DNA of 64,000 nt. It comes from Octopus vulgaris (taxonomy: Eukaryota). Made by a program: the position numbers and the translations under genes. Shown piece by piece: positions 39,001-54,100 of the stretch (position 1 is the first letter of the stretch; each line of letters opens with the position of its first letter). Below the pieces are notes generated by a model, which worked only from the letters and a program-made list of their open reading frames with translations, had not been told where the DNA came from and made no database searches. The stretch is taken from the NCBI GenBank assembly GCA_951406725.2, contig OX597818.1, positions 135,842,001-135,906,000 on the forward strand, written 5' to 3'.

Positions 39001-42000
39001 AATATTAAATTGGTCATTTTTACATTAACAAATTACAAGTTATAAATAATTCTTGGAATAAAGTGTTAACCAAAATACAAAATATTTTCTGTATTATAAC
39101 AATGATTAGTTTAAAATAGGCTGCTATAAAAGTTATGAAGGTTAGTATTTTAGTATTTTTAGACTAATTTTGCCTACAGTATGTTAGTAGAAAAAAAACT
39201 CCATGTATTTAATAGGTTATTACTACAAGTTAATAAACAACACCAATATTTTAGTTCTCTCAGTTTTTTTTTTATAAGTTTGTTTTTACATGTACAATTT
39301 GTGTTTTGAAGAGAAAAAAAACAATTTAGTAAGTGGATAGAATTTTTTAAGGATAGAATGGATGAGGAGAGTACAATTCTTATTTCTTGTAGGACCTCAA
39401 TGGTTAAAATATTTTTTGGCTTTGAGGAAGCAGCATATATTTTGGATAAATTTGAGAAATTGCCAAGGGATGCTGAGTTAAGTTAGTGTTAACATATTTG
39501 ATCCACTGAGCATCAAACAGTTAATAAAAAAAATGCAGTGAAGAAGCAATAGCTTTAGTTCAATAACTAAAATTATTTTAATCACTTCTTATCCACTTGA
39601 TTAAAATAATGTTAGTCATTGAAGTAAGGTTGTCTTTTCTTTAACACATAATTTTTTCTAATTAGATTTTTGATGTCCTCCTTGACATAGTTTGTATAAA
39701 GCTAAAAATATGAAGGATTCAGAAGAAATCATCGAAGACGATAAATTGTATTACATTGTGTACAATTATTTTATGTTGGTGGATGAAAATGAAGACGTAT
39801 CACAGTTCTCTGCTAAAGTAGGGTAACATGCATTTTGAAGTTATTCACAAATAAGATGAAAATTTTAATAAATAGAAAATGAAGATCAGTTGGTACTGAA
39901 TAGATGAGCAGGCCATGAGAATAACATGTGGTATTGATAACATGTTAAGGAATTGGTATAGAGTATATAAGGAGGATAAAAGAAATTCTTTGATGAAAAT
40001 AAAGTACATAAGGAAGATGAAAGGAACTCTTAATGAAAATAGAGTACATAAGAAGGATGACAGTAATTTGTTAATGAACAGAAAGTTAAAGTTATAACAT
40101 TGATACTCTTCCTCCCTAGCAGTAACTACTAATTTATGGCCATTGTCACACTATTGTTTAATAGCATAGATATTGTTATACAATGTTTATAATATAGTTT
40201 CTTCTATAATCAAAATAATGAATGGACTTACATCTACTTTTGTTAATGGAATGATCTGGAGTAAGGGATTATGCTTATAGCCTTCTTAGCTCCTTGGAGA
40301 CTAATGATGTTGACATGGCTGATGTTTCAGTTATCACAATTTCTATTCTTAAAACTGGAGGCGCAATGGCCCAGTGGTTAGGGCAGCGGACTCGCGGTCA
40401 TAGGATCGCGGTTTCGATTCCCAGACCGGGGGTTGTGAGTGTTTATTGAACGAAAACACCTAAAGCTCCACGAGGCTCCGGCAGGAGATGGTGGTGATCC
40501 CTGCTGTACTCTTTCACCACAACTTTCTCTCACTCTTACTTCACGTTTCTGTTGTACCTGTATTTCAAGGGGCCGGCCTTGTCACTCTCTGTGTCACGCT
40601 GAATATCCCCGAGAACTACGTTAAGGGTACACGTGTCTGTGGAGTGCTCAGCCACTTACACGTTAATTTCACGAGCAGGCTGTTCCGTTGATTTGGATCA
40701 ACCGGAACCCTCATCGTCGTAACCGACGGAGTGCTTCCAAAATTCTTAAAACTGGCAGAAAACCAAATTATTCTCTCCAAAGATAATTTGTACATTCAAC
40801 TACTCATATTCATGACAAGCAAATTCTAAATATTTTAATTCTTAACTGTGCACCTAACCATTTGATCTGAAATATTTTTCACAAAAAATATTTTTAACAA
40901 AAATATGTGCAGGTGGTACGTAAAAAGCACCCACTACACTCTCGGAGTGGTTGGTGTTAGGAAGAGCATCCAGCTGTAGAAACACTGCCAGATCAGATTG
41001 GAGCCTGGTGCAGCCCCTGGCTTCCCAAACCCCGGTCGAACCGTCCAACCCATGCTAGCGCGGAAAACGGACGTTAAACGATGATGATGATGATGATGAT
41101 AAGATTCCTAGACAAATTACGAGTGGGTTGAAGATTTTGTAATGAGTAAATGTAAGACTAATTATACACAATTAAATATATCAGAGTGTTTTACATTAAA
41201 AAAATTACCATCAACATAAGTTCATTGAAAGTATCAACATAAACTCATTGAAAGCTTCTAGAATCTTAACAGGTAAAATAATCAAATAATCTATCATTAT
41301 CAACAGGCTTCTTTTAATAAAAGAATTCAGCAGCCGATAAAATTCTATTTTTAAAACTGTTGAAACTATTCTTTGAAATCTTTCTTTTTGTTGAAAGTTG
41401 GGAAGAAGCATTAAATGTGGATGAGCTAAATTTTACTGTTCTATCAAAGAATATTTTGCTTGTTTTTAAACCCCCCTTGTTATGTCCTCTTTCAATGTGG
41501 GAAGATAATCCAAGAAACCAAACACCATAAGAAAATGAAAACAGAAAATATGTGGCACATTTCACAGATAATACAATGATAAAAGATAAAAACAAAAGAT
41601 TATGTACAATAAAATTTAATGAAATAAATTTTTAAAATATAGCTTCTTTTTTATTGAGAAAAATCTCCTGTCTTCATTTTCCCTAAGGAAATTATTTTAC
41701 ACTTTATCTTTGATATAGGTATTACCTAAATATTCTGAATACAATATAATGAAGTCTTGTGCCACATATTTTTGATAGAAAGAAATTAGAAAATGAATCA
41801 AGATGAGAAAGCTCTATGATGGTGTTAGTAGAAAGGCCAAATACCATTTTAGTTATTATGAAGGAGAGGAATTGTTTAAGTAAATGCCAGAGTAATGGAC
41901 CTATTGCAATCACAGATATATTTACCTTTAAACATAATAGAAGGATGAGCTGAAATAAGCATTTGTATAGAAGTTGGCATGAAAATAATGTAAAAGCACA

Positions 42001-42650
42001 ACAGCAAATGGTTGAAACATTCAAATAATATTTTCAAAATAGAGAAAGAGAAAACAGAATTGAGAAGACAAGAAATATATTTGAAAGGTATGTTAAATCG
42101 TGTAATACTGTGCTAAATAGTAATAATAATTGTTTCTAATTTAGGCACAAGGCTAATAGTTTTGAGAATAGTTAGTCAATTATACTGACCCCAGTACTAG
42201 ACTGGTACTTTATTTTATCAACCCTGGAGGGATAAAAGGCGAAGATGTTCTTGCCAGGATATGATCTCAGAATGTAAAAAGTCTGAACACATACTGTAAG
42301 GTATTTTTTCTGATGCTCAAATTCTATCAACCTACCATTTAAAAAAATTATTTCTAACAGAGGTGCAAGGCCTGAAGTTTTATGAGAGGAGGTTAGTCAA
42401 ATATTGTGCCTGCACCCAGTACTTCAACCATACTTTCTTGAAGTACAAGGGTTAAAGTTAACTGAACATCTTCCCACAGATTTCTAGCCTTGTGCCTATG
42501 CTAGAAACAGTCACAGATTTTGCTGGAACTCCTGGCGTCTTGCATGTGTTGCGGGTTTGCTACCTGCAGTCTACGGTACCATGATATCCGTTCTTTTCAG
42601 CTATCTAATACTTTCCTGGTTATTCTGGCCATTATCATTATTATTATTAT

Positions 42651-42691
<41 letters not shown>

Positions 42692-44779
42692 TTAATAATA
42701 ATAATAATGATAATAATAACAACACTTCATAATAGTTTAATAGAATTCTAAATTTAGAATTAACTTCCTTTTAATTTTAACTTGTATGTATGTATAAATG
42801 ATGCATATTCATTGAGGCAAACAGACAAGAACATTTGATTTAGAGTAATTAATTTATTTCTCTATTATGTAAATCCCCACTCTATTAAATTACCAATGAT
42901 ATTCAATTTGCTGAGTCCAAAACTCTTGTTAGAAATTTATTTTTGGTCTTAGTTATTTTAATAATCTTTCTTCAAATATCTTGCTTTAAACAAAATACAG
43001 TTATTTATTAGGCATAATTAAATCTCAGAATGAGATTGAAACAGTAATCACTCGATAATGTAAAGTATAGAAGCCATCTTATCATGGCTAACCACATTGG
43101 GGAGGGGGTGTTACTGTAGCTTTATAGCCCCAAGAGATCGTCGTCTCTAGCTGGCTTTAAACACAATATCTGTGTCCTTGGAGTATTTGCAAAGGGAGGC
43201 CATCCCTTCCTCGCAAGCCTGAGTGATACGCTCCCCAAAACTAGTTCGAGCGTATCACTCAGGCTTGCGAGGAAGTTATGGCCTCCCTTTGCAAATACTT
43301 CAAGGACACAGATATTGTGTCTAGATCAGCTAGAGATGAAGATCTCTTGGGGCTATAAAGCTACAGTAACACCCCCTCCCCAATGTGGTTAGCCATGATA
43401 AGATGGCTTCTATACTTTACATAAGTTATTTATTAGCTATCAAAGAATCTGATGGATTAATCTATTAAAATACTAACAAAACATTCTTCTACATAATAAG
43501 CTCAATTTTTTTTCTCTGTAGAACTTCTTCTATGAAATCTAACCACACATATATAATAAAGTTATATTTTCTATAGTGAGAAATTCATAAACAGAAGCGA
43601 TTCATTTTCTAAGTAGTCCAATGTTTGTAGGGAAAAACTTCATCTATAATTATAACGTTGTGTAGCCTGAGTGTTTCCAAGAAAATCTTTGCAGAGAATG
43701 CAATGCAAGTATAGCGAAGCCTGCCTAAGTTAATTAAAGTATATAAATGTATCATTTGTGAATAGACGACATTAGATTCATCAAGCAAAGTATAAATTAG
43801 GAATTGAAGAAGAATGTGAAAAATATTTAAAGATTTAGAGGCAGAGTTGCATCTAAAGCATTTGTGTGTTTGCATTACCGACTTTCTGAAAGAACTGATA
43901 ATGACACGAAGAACAGCTAGTAAGATGGCAATAGCCATTCATAAGCTTTGAGACAGATAGGAGAAACATTTCTGTTATTTTAAGACGAGTAATATAACAA
44001 AACAAAACATAAAAACTAAAATATCACACACAGATATAACTGAACAATATCGATAACAAGACACTGAAGTAAAATAGATGTTTAGGCAGAGAGAGTATAA
44101 AGAGATGAAGTTTAGCAGCAGAAGAGTAAATATAACTTATAAACAATATACAATTTCTAAGTACAATAACAACAACAATAAAAACCAACCATCATTCTTT
44201 TATTATTTAATATTAAATTAATCACCTGGCTTAGGCAAAGTAATTTTTTTCCAGCTACTTGCTGCTTGGCGTTCACCACTTTTAGCAACAACTCTAAATT
44301 CATACCATATTCCGGCAGATAAGTTGGATATATTCTGCCAGCGATTCAACATCTGACCAGGAGTGCTTTTCAGATTGCTTTCACCTTTCATAGAAAATAA
44401 AAAAAGAGATTTTTGTTTTGAAAGTAAAATTCAATATGCATGTATATTTATGCTCACATTACTGCAGTGCATTGTGATAAATTAACTTTTAAAGCAATCA
44501 TTATGAATGTTCAGCATATATTTTGCTTAACTATTATTTTTTGCATATTTATAATTAAAAAAAAGTTTATTAAAAAGGGGTGCCATTAACTGGGAGATTA
44601 TTAAGTGAGACATAACCATATGTGTATATGTAGAAATATGTACACACGCACACAAAACAAAGGGCTACATCAAGGTGGTGAGACACTGCACTGGAGAAGA
44701 TTCATTCAACTTATGAATGAAAGTGTAGAAAAGTTCAGATGTAAAAGAAGGATAATTATGATGTATACGTGTGTGTGTG

Positions 44780-44844
<65 letters not shown>

Positions 44845-45072
44845 GTTAAGATATCAAACAGATAAATAAGAATTTAGAGTAAGTTAATGAATCAACATGA
44901 AGTAGATTAAATAAATGGTCCAGACATACCAAGTTTTCTATATTCGACAACGTGCATCAAGCCAACATGTTGATTGGTTTTGTTGTAATCAATTTTCCAA
45001 GATACATTTAATGAATTATTTCCCATTGGTATCATGTTCCAGTCAGGAACAATTGGCACTAGAAAATACATA

Positions 45073-45106
<34 letters not shown>

Positions 45107-48100
45107 GAAAGAAACAGCAACAACAACAACAACAATAATAACAAGAGTAATATTTTCAAATCTTAGTACAAGACCAGCAATTTTGTCGGAGGATGTAAGT
45201 CAATTACATTAACCTTTTGATTTGTGCCTCTATACACTTACTTCCTGCATCTGTGGTCCAGACATCAATATAATATGGTTCTCCTTCACCAGCAGTGGTC
45301 ATTGCTTGAATCTGTATCCGATAGTTTGTACTGGCTTCCAAACCACGTAGTATATACTCTGTCATTGTTGGATCAGTAGTTGGTTCATCTTCATATTTTA
45401 CTGGAGATACTTTCAAACCATTAACTGCAGAAGACATTTTAAGGCAATATATCACTTAAGTACTTTCTCTGACACAATTAAAAATTTTGATAATTATAAA
45501 TTTAATTTCATTGAATGAAAATATTTTACACATAATTTTTATATATAAGAAAACTTACTCTTTTGGAATCCAATATTATAGCCAATTAACACACCATTCC
45601 TTTCTTCTGGGGGTTCCCACTTTAAGTGGAAGTGACCAGATCCTCTAACTAAGGCCATAAAAGAATGAACTTTGCCAGGAGCTGTATAAAGAAAACAATA
45701 GGAGAGTAACAAATATTTAAAATATCTTTATTGTAATTATAAATTCATTTTGAACTGATAAAAGAACAGTTTTGCAAGAGATTCCTCCTTAGTCTATTAT
45801 TAGAAGTTATTTTATTGACCATATAAGGATGAAAGATGGTAGTATCAACAGATTTTTGTGTAGTATCTGCAACTAAGGGAAGACTAATACCTCAGATAAC
45901 AAAGTCTCATAAAAATAATAGCAAAGGATATGCCTCTGGGCATTATTAGACTATGCAAAAATGCAAATATTTCACTAAAATGGGGATATTATCAACCATT
46001 TCCAGCATTTTTCTCAAAATGACATTTCTGATTATGAGTAGCAATCTATAGGTCACAATATCTCTGAGAATAATTGATATAATAGGCTGAAAATTTGCAC
46101 ATGTATTACTTTGATACTTGCCTAGATGCTGTTTTAGTGTGATTAGATACACGTCATTTGTTCATCTTTCAGAGACACTTGAATGCTACTATCCAGGGAC
46201 AAAAACGCTTGAACTGCTGCATATGGCTATGAGCAGCCCCACAACGAAATCTAGGCCAACTTCATCAATGTCTTTGATTCAGCATCTAGTCTGTACCCCA
46301 ATCCGTTGGCATTCCAAGTTAGAGCATATTATCTTTGATAGTTTGGTAGAAAACTTGACTTAAAATAAGAGTATGTTTGCCTTATCGGTCATTTTGAATT
46401 TACAATTAGGTCATGAATAGATAATGTGGAAACTTGAATATTATGATTTTTGATAGAACTAATGTTGTTCTTTATGTATTTGGTTTGCCTGGGCTTTATT
46501 CCCACTGAGTGAGAGCATCTTCAATTCAGGAGTGTTTTCTTATGTCTGAGGTGTTAGTCTTGCCTTAACTTTAGTATCTCTGATTAGCTTTTAGAGTAGT
46601 ATCCATAATCTTGTACAGTAGTATCTATTGTGAGGTGGTAGTTTGCAATCTACATCCTACGGATGCAAACGTTTATTTTAATGATTGAAGAACAGATAGA
46701 TTTATACAAAAAAATTTAATACATTGAAAGCATAACTCTCCACCATTCGTCGTTAACTATCCACATCAGTGGTTCTACACTTGTGGGTGGCAAGGACAAA
46801 ATCTTACTCTGATAAAATTTAAAATGTTCATGAATTATGTCACACAATAAGCCATAGGAAGAATGTGGACCATATCTCAATAATTACCAAAAACAAAAAT
46901 ACAAAAATGAAGAACATTTCTCCAAGAAAATGATCAAATGTGAAATGTACTTATTAGAATATATTGAACAAAAATGCTGCAGATGTAAAAGTTCTGAAAT
47001 CTCTGATCTATATCTGATCATCATCATTAATAATTATTATTAGGAGAAATTATCATTAGTTTGATATGCACTTTTCCATGCTTGGATGGAATTTTGTTGA
47101 GGCATATTTTCTACTGATGGATGGCCTTCCTGTCACTCACCTCCATCTATTTCTAGGCAAACTAATATTTCTCACAAAAAGACATTTCCTTGGAAGATTG
47201 GAAATGAGGGACATCACTCGCATCATGATGGTGAAACTTATTTACAACTATTACATGATGTCAAGGTAAGAAGACAGTAACACACATGCACTGTGGCTTC
47301 TTCCAGTTTTCACTCATGAAGCTTTGATTGACTCATAGTCATAATAGAAGACACTTGCCCAATGCGTCACACAGTGGCACCTTGGATTAGGAAGCAAACT
47401 GTTTACCATACAGCCACACCTACTCTTTTTACTCTTTTACTCTTTTACTTGTTTCAGTCATTTGACTGCAGCCATGCTGGAGCACCGCCTTTAGTCGAGC
47501 AAATCGACCCCGGGACTTATTCTTTGTAAGCCCAGTACTTATTCAATCGGTCTCTTTTGCCGAACCGCTAAGTGACGGGGACGTAAACACACCAGCATCG
47601 GTTGTCAAGCAATGCTAGGGGGACAAACACAGACACACAGGCATATATATATATATACATATATACGACAGGCTTCTTTCAGTTTCCGTCTACCAAATCC
47701 ACTCACAAGGCATTGGTCGGCCCAGGGCTATAGCAGAAGACACTTGCCCAAGATGCCACGCAGTGGGACTGAACCCAGAACCATGTGGTTCGTTAGCAAG
47801 CTACTTACCACACAGCCACTCCTGCGCCTATTATATTCTCAAAATACTTTATGCTACATAGTTATGGAAAGGATGATAAAATAACTTGATATTGATAAAT
47901 TTAAATTTAACTTGAGATGTTTAATGTATCAGGTATTACAAACTCTGCTTATAAAATTTATATTAAGCAAAGCAGAGTTTCAATATATTTTCAATCAACT
48001 TAATTTAACTGACCTCCCTCAGGTGTCTGGACATCAATGACATTGCTCTCGGGGCCTTCATAATATGTGTTGCGTGCTACCACTGACAAGCTAAAGTTTG

Positions 48101-51100
48101 AATAAGCAGGGAGCATCACATTGGCTTTCACTTTAGATGATGTTCTACGATGTCGACTTCTCCGTGTTGAACGCCGATTGTGTGTATTTTCAGAAACATC
48201 AATTTTCTTTAAAGTTGTTTCTTTCTCACCAGGTTTCCAGAAAAGAATCTAGAATCAAAACAAAATTTGATAAATGTATTGCTATGCTTCAATTAGAATA
48301 TCAATATCTAAGCTATTAATAAACCGTTACAGTTATTTCATTCATTTGACATTCATTTTTCCATGCTAGTATGGATAGGAATTGATTTTGAGGCAGTATT
48401 TTACAACTGAATGCTCTTCTTGTTGCAAACTTTCACCAGGTTTTTGGGTAAGGGGTTTTTATATTCCATAGTTGTTTGAAAGTGCCGAGCAACTGATTGT
48501 AATGTTATCAACAAGGAATTTCAACATCAGCATCATTTTGCTCACATGATGTTAAGCAAAATATTAGCTTTCACTTCCACAAGCCATCCCACCACAAAAA
48601 ACAGACTTACTACAGTTTCTGTTTACAAAATCCGTTCGCAAGACATTGGTCAGCTTGAGGCTATAGCAGAGGATACTTGCCCAATGTGTTATGCAGTATG
48701 ACCGATGGAGGCGCAATGGCCCAGTGGTTAGAGCAGCGGACTCGCGGTCGTAGGATCGCGGTTTCGATTCCCAGATACTGGGCGTTGTGAGTGTTTATTG
48801 AGCGAAAACACCTAAAACTCCACGAGGCTCCAACAGGGATGGTGGTGATCCCTGCTGTATTCTTTCACCACAACTTTCTCTCACTCTTACTTCCTGTTTC
48901 TGTTGTACCTGTATTTCAAAGGGCCAGCCTTGTCACTCTCTGTGTCACGCTGAATATCCCCGAGAACTACGTTAAGGTTACACGTGTCTGTGGAGTGCTC
49001 AGCCACTTACACGTTGATTTCACGAGCAGGCTGTTCCGTTGATTCGGATCAACCGGAACCCTCGTCGTCGTAACCGATGGAGTTCTTCATGACCGATCCA
49101 GACCACAAGGTTAAGAAATGAACTTCTTACCCCCACAGCCATGCTTGTGCCTTTAGAATAAAATATTCAGTTTAAACTGAAAGTGTAACGGTTTGTAAGT
49201 ACTTTAAGAAATAACCCCCCCCTCTTTTGTTATACAGTCACATTTCATTCATGGGATTTCTCATTATGTGAATTTATGAAAAATCCCATGAATGGAACGA
49301 GACTGTTTTCCCAAATGGAGGCTAACACCTTTTTCCATGTGATCGGCTTGAAAAATTGTTAAGCCACTTAGGATATTTTCCTACTCTTCTTAACATGAAA
49401 CGGTTCGACTGGAGACTGGCAAATCAGGTGGCTGCACCAGGCTCCAATCTGATCTGGCAATGTTTCTACAGCTGGATATCAGAAAGCAGCACCAAAATCG
49501 AAGTCGATCAACATCAATGGAAATTGCAGCTGTGATACCAGTGCCGGTGACAAGTAAGCGAACCATCCGAACGTGGCCGTTGCCAACTCCGCCCCGACTG
49601 GCCCCTGTGCCGGTGGCACGTAAAAAGCACCATCCATCCGTGGCTGCTTGCCAGCTCCGTCTGGCACCTGTGCGGGTGGCACCAAAAAAGCACCCACTAC
49701 ACTCACGGAGTGGTTGGCGTTGGGAAGGGCATCCAGCCGTAGAAGCACTGCCAGATCAGACTGGGCCTGATGCAGCCTTCTGGCTTCACAGACCCCAGTT
49801 GAACTGTCCAACCCATGCTAGCATGGAGAACGGACGTTAAACGATGATGATGATGATGATGCCCTTCCAAACACCAACCACTCTGAGAGTGTAGTGGGTG
49901 TTTTTTACATGCTACTGGTGCGGGAGCCAGTCAAGTGGCACTGGTATGAACCACATTTGGATGGTGCTTTTTACGTGTCACTGGCACGGGGAGCCAGTCA
50001 GGCAGCTCTGGTAGTGACCCACGCATGAATGAATGGTGCTTATCGCAGGCCACCAGGACTGGTTATGGCCACAACTACAATTTCCTTACCTCCCTGGCAG
50101 TTGATGGAGTCAGGATTTGTGATTTGTTTACCTTCCTACTTACTAAGACTTTGGTTTTTGCTAGGTTAACTCTTTCGATTGTAGACCTTGCTTCCATACC
50201 TGAAACTTCTCTAGTTCTGGTAGTGATTCAGCTATAAGAACAAGGTCATTAGCATGGAGGAGCTCCCAAGGGCTGCCTGTCTTAAATTCCTCTGTTATTA
50301 CCTGGAGGACTATGACGAGCAAGAGTTGGTTGAGGACCGATCCTTGATGAACCCCTACATGTACCTTGAATTCTTTGCTGTACTTGTTGCTAACCTACAC
50401 CTTACTGGTAGCATCTCTCTACATGGCTTGTACAGCTCTTACCAACCAATCATCTATCTCTAGTTTCTGCATTGAGCACCAGATAAGGGACTGGGGGACC
50501 CTGACAAAGGCTTTCTCCAAGTCAACAAAAGCCAAGTACAGAGGTTTATCTTTGGTATTTCTCTTGCAGCTGCCTTACCAGAAATATAGCATCAGTGGTG
50601 CTTCTCCCTGACACAAAACCAAACTGCATCTCATCTAGACTAACTCTCTCCCTAATTAATTGCCCCACCCTCTCTCTCTATATATATAGAACAAACAGTA
50701 AGTGATTACCATCATGAAATGATGATCACACACGAAATTCAATTTATAAATAATGATGTCTAAGTAAATGTCTATAAAATTACTATATTGATATATATAT
50801 ATACTTACTCTGTAACCTTTGAAAACACCTCTCATTTTCTCTTTATCAGTATTAACTGGGTCCCATCGGAATCTTGCAGATGTAGCTGTCATTTCATGGT
50901 CGGGATCTACTTCAAAGTTGCCAGGTACTTCCAGTGGAGCTATAAAATAAAATTTAAATGCTTAATGCAGGTCATATTGGGTATATGTAAGTGTTCTAAG
51001 TATCAAGTAATTAACTTAAAAAAAAAGGAACAAACCTTTTAATTAAAGAATGAATATTGAATTCATTTTAAGAGTTAAATTTAAAAGAAACAATAGAAAT

Positions 51101-54100
51101 ATACAAAAGTTATTGAATGAGCAAAAGAAGAGTTTCTTTATTTAAAACATTAATTCTATAAAATACTAATATTTGTTTTGCATTTATCTTTAAAACTTAT
51201 ATATAGAGAATACCAAATGAGTTCCCTGTGGATACCGTATTCATTACAACTCATGGCTTGTAATAAATACGGTATCCATAGAGAATGAGTTTGGTATTTT
51301 ATTTATTACACATGAATAAACGACCATATTTTATTAACCCAATAACTAAATTCTTCACACCGTGTTGAAGCACGCATGAATACAGCTTGATTTCACGTCA
51401 GTGACATCACAATGTGTAACTGTAAAAGATGTCATGCCGCAGGAAGATAGTCCGACTTTATAGCGCTAAGTTTTCAGGTGAAATGACTGATAACTGATGA
51501 CTGTTTAACATTTTGTTAACATTCAAGTTCACGTTCAAGAAATACATAACACAGATTGAAAGTTTAGTTGTAACTTATGAATGACAAAAGTAGTGCCGTC
51601 ACCGTGACCTCGGGTCATCACCATGGATTGATCAATCAGAAGCAGCGCTCGCAGTATCTGGCATATGTTAGATACCAAAAATATCTCAAAGTGTTCTCAC
51701 TCACATGTGTGTAATAAAGAGTACTCTTAGGAATTCTGTCTTCTTTGCTTTAGCTTCAAGAACTCTGTGTGTGTGTATAAAATATTGGCAAAGTTTACTT
51801 ACCATCTTCTCCAGAATATCCTTCGATTTCTTCAAGTTCATTTTTTGCATAACCTTTATCATTCTTTGCAGCGACAGTAATTGTGTATGGTTCATATGTG
51901 GTATTGGTTCTGATTTCTTTCTTAGCTTCTTCATTGCCATCAACAGTATAAGTTTCAACCTTATCATCCTTCTCAATTTTGACCTCATAATAAAATCCAG
52001 GCCCATTAAACTGCAGAGGTGACATCGGCTTTAAAAACAAACACATAAATAAGATTACTTAAATGTATGAATTACCTGACGTAATAATTATAATCATAAA
52101 AAATACAAGTAAAGTAAAGTGATTGAAAAATATAAATAACTAGCAGTATCGCCCGGTGTTGCTCGGGTTTGTAAGGGAAATAACTATAAAGCATTTTTAG
52201 AGATGTAAAGTATAATAGCCATCTCAATATGGCTAACCACAAAGGGGGGGTGTTACTGTAGCTTTTTACGTTCTGAGATTTAATAATACATTTTTAGAGA
52301 GTTACTTCCCTTATAAACCGAGCGAAAATGCATTAAAAATACGGAAAAATTATGGTAAATTTTTTTTTAAATCGTAGACTCATTGTAGACGCACGCTAAT
52401 ACCCAGAAGGGCTCGATATGAATCACGACTATAAGATACCCGGTTTTGGTTAAACTGCACCGCAAAATGTGGGAGTAGTTAGGAATCTAAATCGTAGGAG
52501 ACAGACACACAACTTGACTTTTATATATAAAGATATCTTAAGTTAAGCAGTAATTTTTCACTTAGATTAAAAGAACTTGTTATTTGTAAAAAGTGAAAAT
52601 AATCAAAATATTACTATTGATAGATATTTTACAAATTATGAGCAAATGAAAGACAAAATTGACCTCCAACTGTATCTAGATTCAGAATTATGCAGCTAGA
52701 ACAACAATGACAGACTCTTTTAAGTTTAGATGATACTGAGGTATATTCTCTATTGCAAACATTTGAGTCAGACATACACAAAGAAAATCTCCTTGATACC
52801 ATAAGAATGTTTCCTATTTATCCCAAACACGATCTATATATTTCCTGATATTATGTTGATATAACTAAATCTGTTACTGTCCATCAGTTAACCCAGTCAC
52901 AAGGCATTTGTCAATCTGAGACAACGGTAGAAGACTTCAGTGCAGGTGTCAAACCTGGAACCACATGGATGCAAAGTGAACTTTTTTAATATAGCCATAC
53001 CAGCATAAGTGCTTTTGTTGGTTTGCAACATTAAACGCTACACACATCTGTGAAAATACTTCAGTATATATTTGCCAAATAAATGTGGCGGTGGCAAATA
53101 TATTTTACGATTCCGTATTGTTACTGTTTACCTCTCGTTCAGATATTTAACATAGCTTACTTTAGTATATTCTTCAATAAATCATTATATGAATATGATG
53201 TTCTCAATGAAGAAGTAATTATATATTATTCCCTGACTTACTACATGAATATAGTTTTTTTCTTATTTATTAAGTTTGGAGAAAGGGGCAGTGCCCATGG
53301 CTCTTATAGACCAGCCAAGATCAGTGACATTGATGGTGCTTCTGTTCAATTCTGCCTAAACTGTTGCAATTCAATGACTGCAAGAAAGGCGTGCAGAAAG
53401 GAAATTCCAGGGAGGAATGAAATAAGAAAAGCAGCCAGTGTGGGACTTGGTAAATTAGACACAACATATGTAATAAGAGAAGAAATAAATCAGGAGGGCC
53501 TGAGTGGAGGTGTCTCAAATTCTAGGACTCAGAGAAGATACCTTTTCCTCAATCCTTTCCCCGTAGAATTTGTATCTCTTTGTTACCCATCTTCCCAACT
53601 TTACATGTCTGGAATGTCTAGGAGGCCTGAATGGAGTATGGGCACTGCCTCTTACTTTGAACTAATTAGCTAAAACATTTTGATGATTACCAAAACATTA
53701 CAGTGGTGGATTATGACAATGATCATAATGATGATGACAGTAGTTGTTAGTGTGATAAGAAAGCGAATCTTCTTTTCTTCCAAACATGACAGGTGAAGTG
53801 TATTTAACCCTTTAGTATTTAAACCTGTTTTATGTTCAAACTGACCAGATCCAGGCTCTCACACCTACCCTACAATGTTATTCTACATTAAGTAATTACA
53901 TCATCAAGATCTTGAAGATATGAGATAATGCATGATTAATTCAAATCAATGGGAATCAATAGGCATTATGTTTGATAGGATAATCTGAACACTAAAGGGT
54001 TAATGAGAAAAAGAAAACTTTGAAATGTTACTTACGTCCCAGACCACAACTAAGTAGTCCTTCTTGTTGATTAAGGTCCTCACATTTCTGGGATGGAATG

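Noticed and set aside
42563-42600. Possible 37-nt exon (ag|CTGAAAAG...TGCAG|gtagca) in the pre-TM intron
   Set aside because: No pyrimidine tract, weak donor and frame-breaking length.
53083-53673. 196-aa plus-strand ORF
   Set aside because: No recognisable domain, antisense within an intron; probably a chance frame over decayed repeat sequence.
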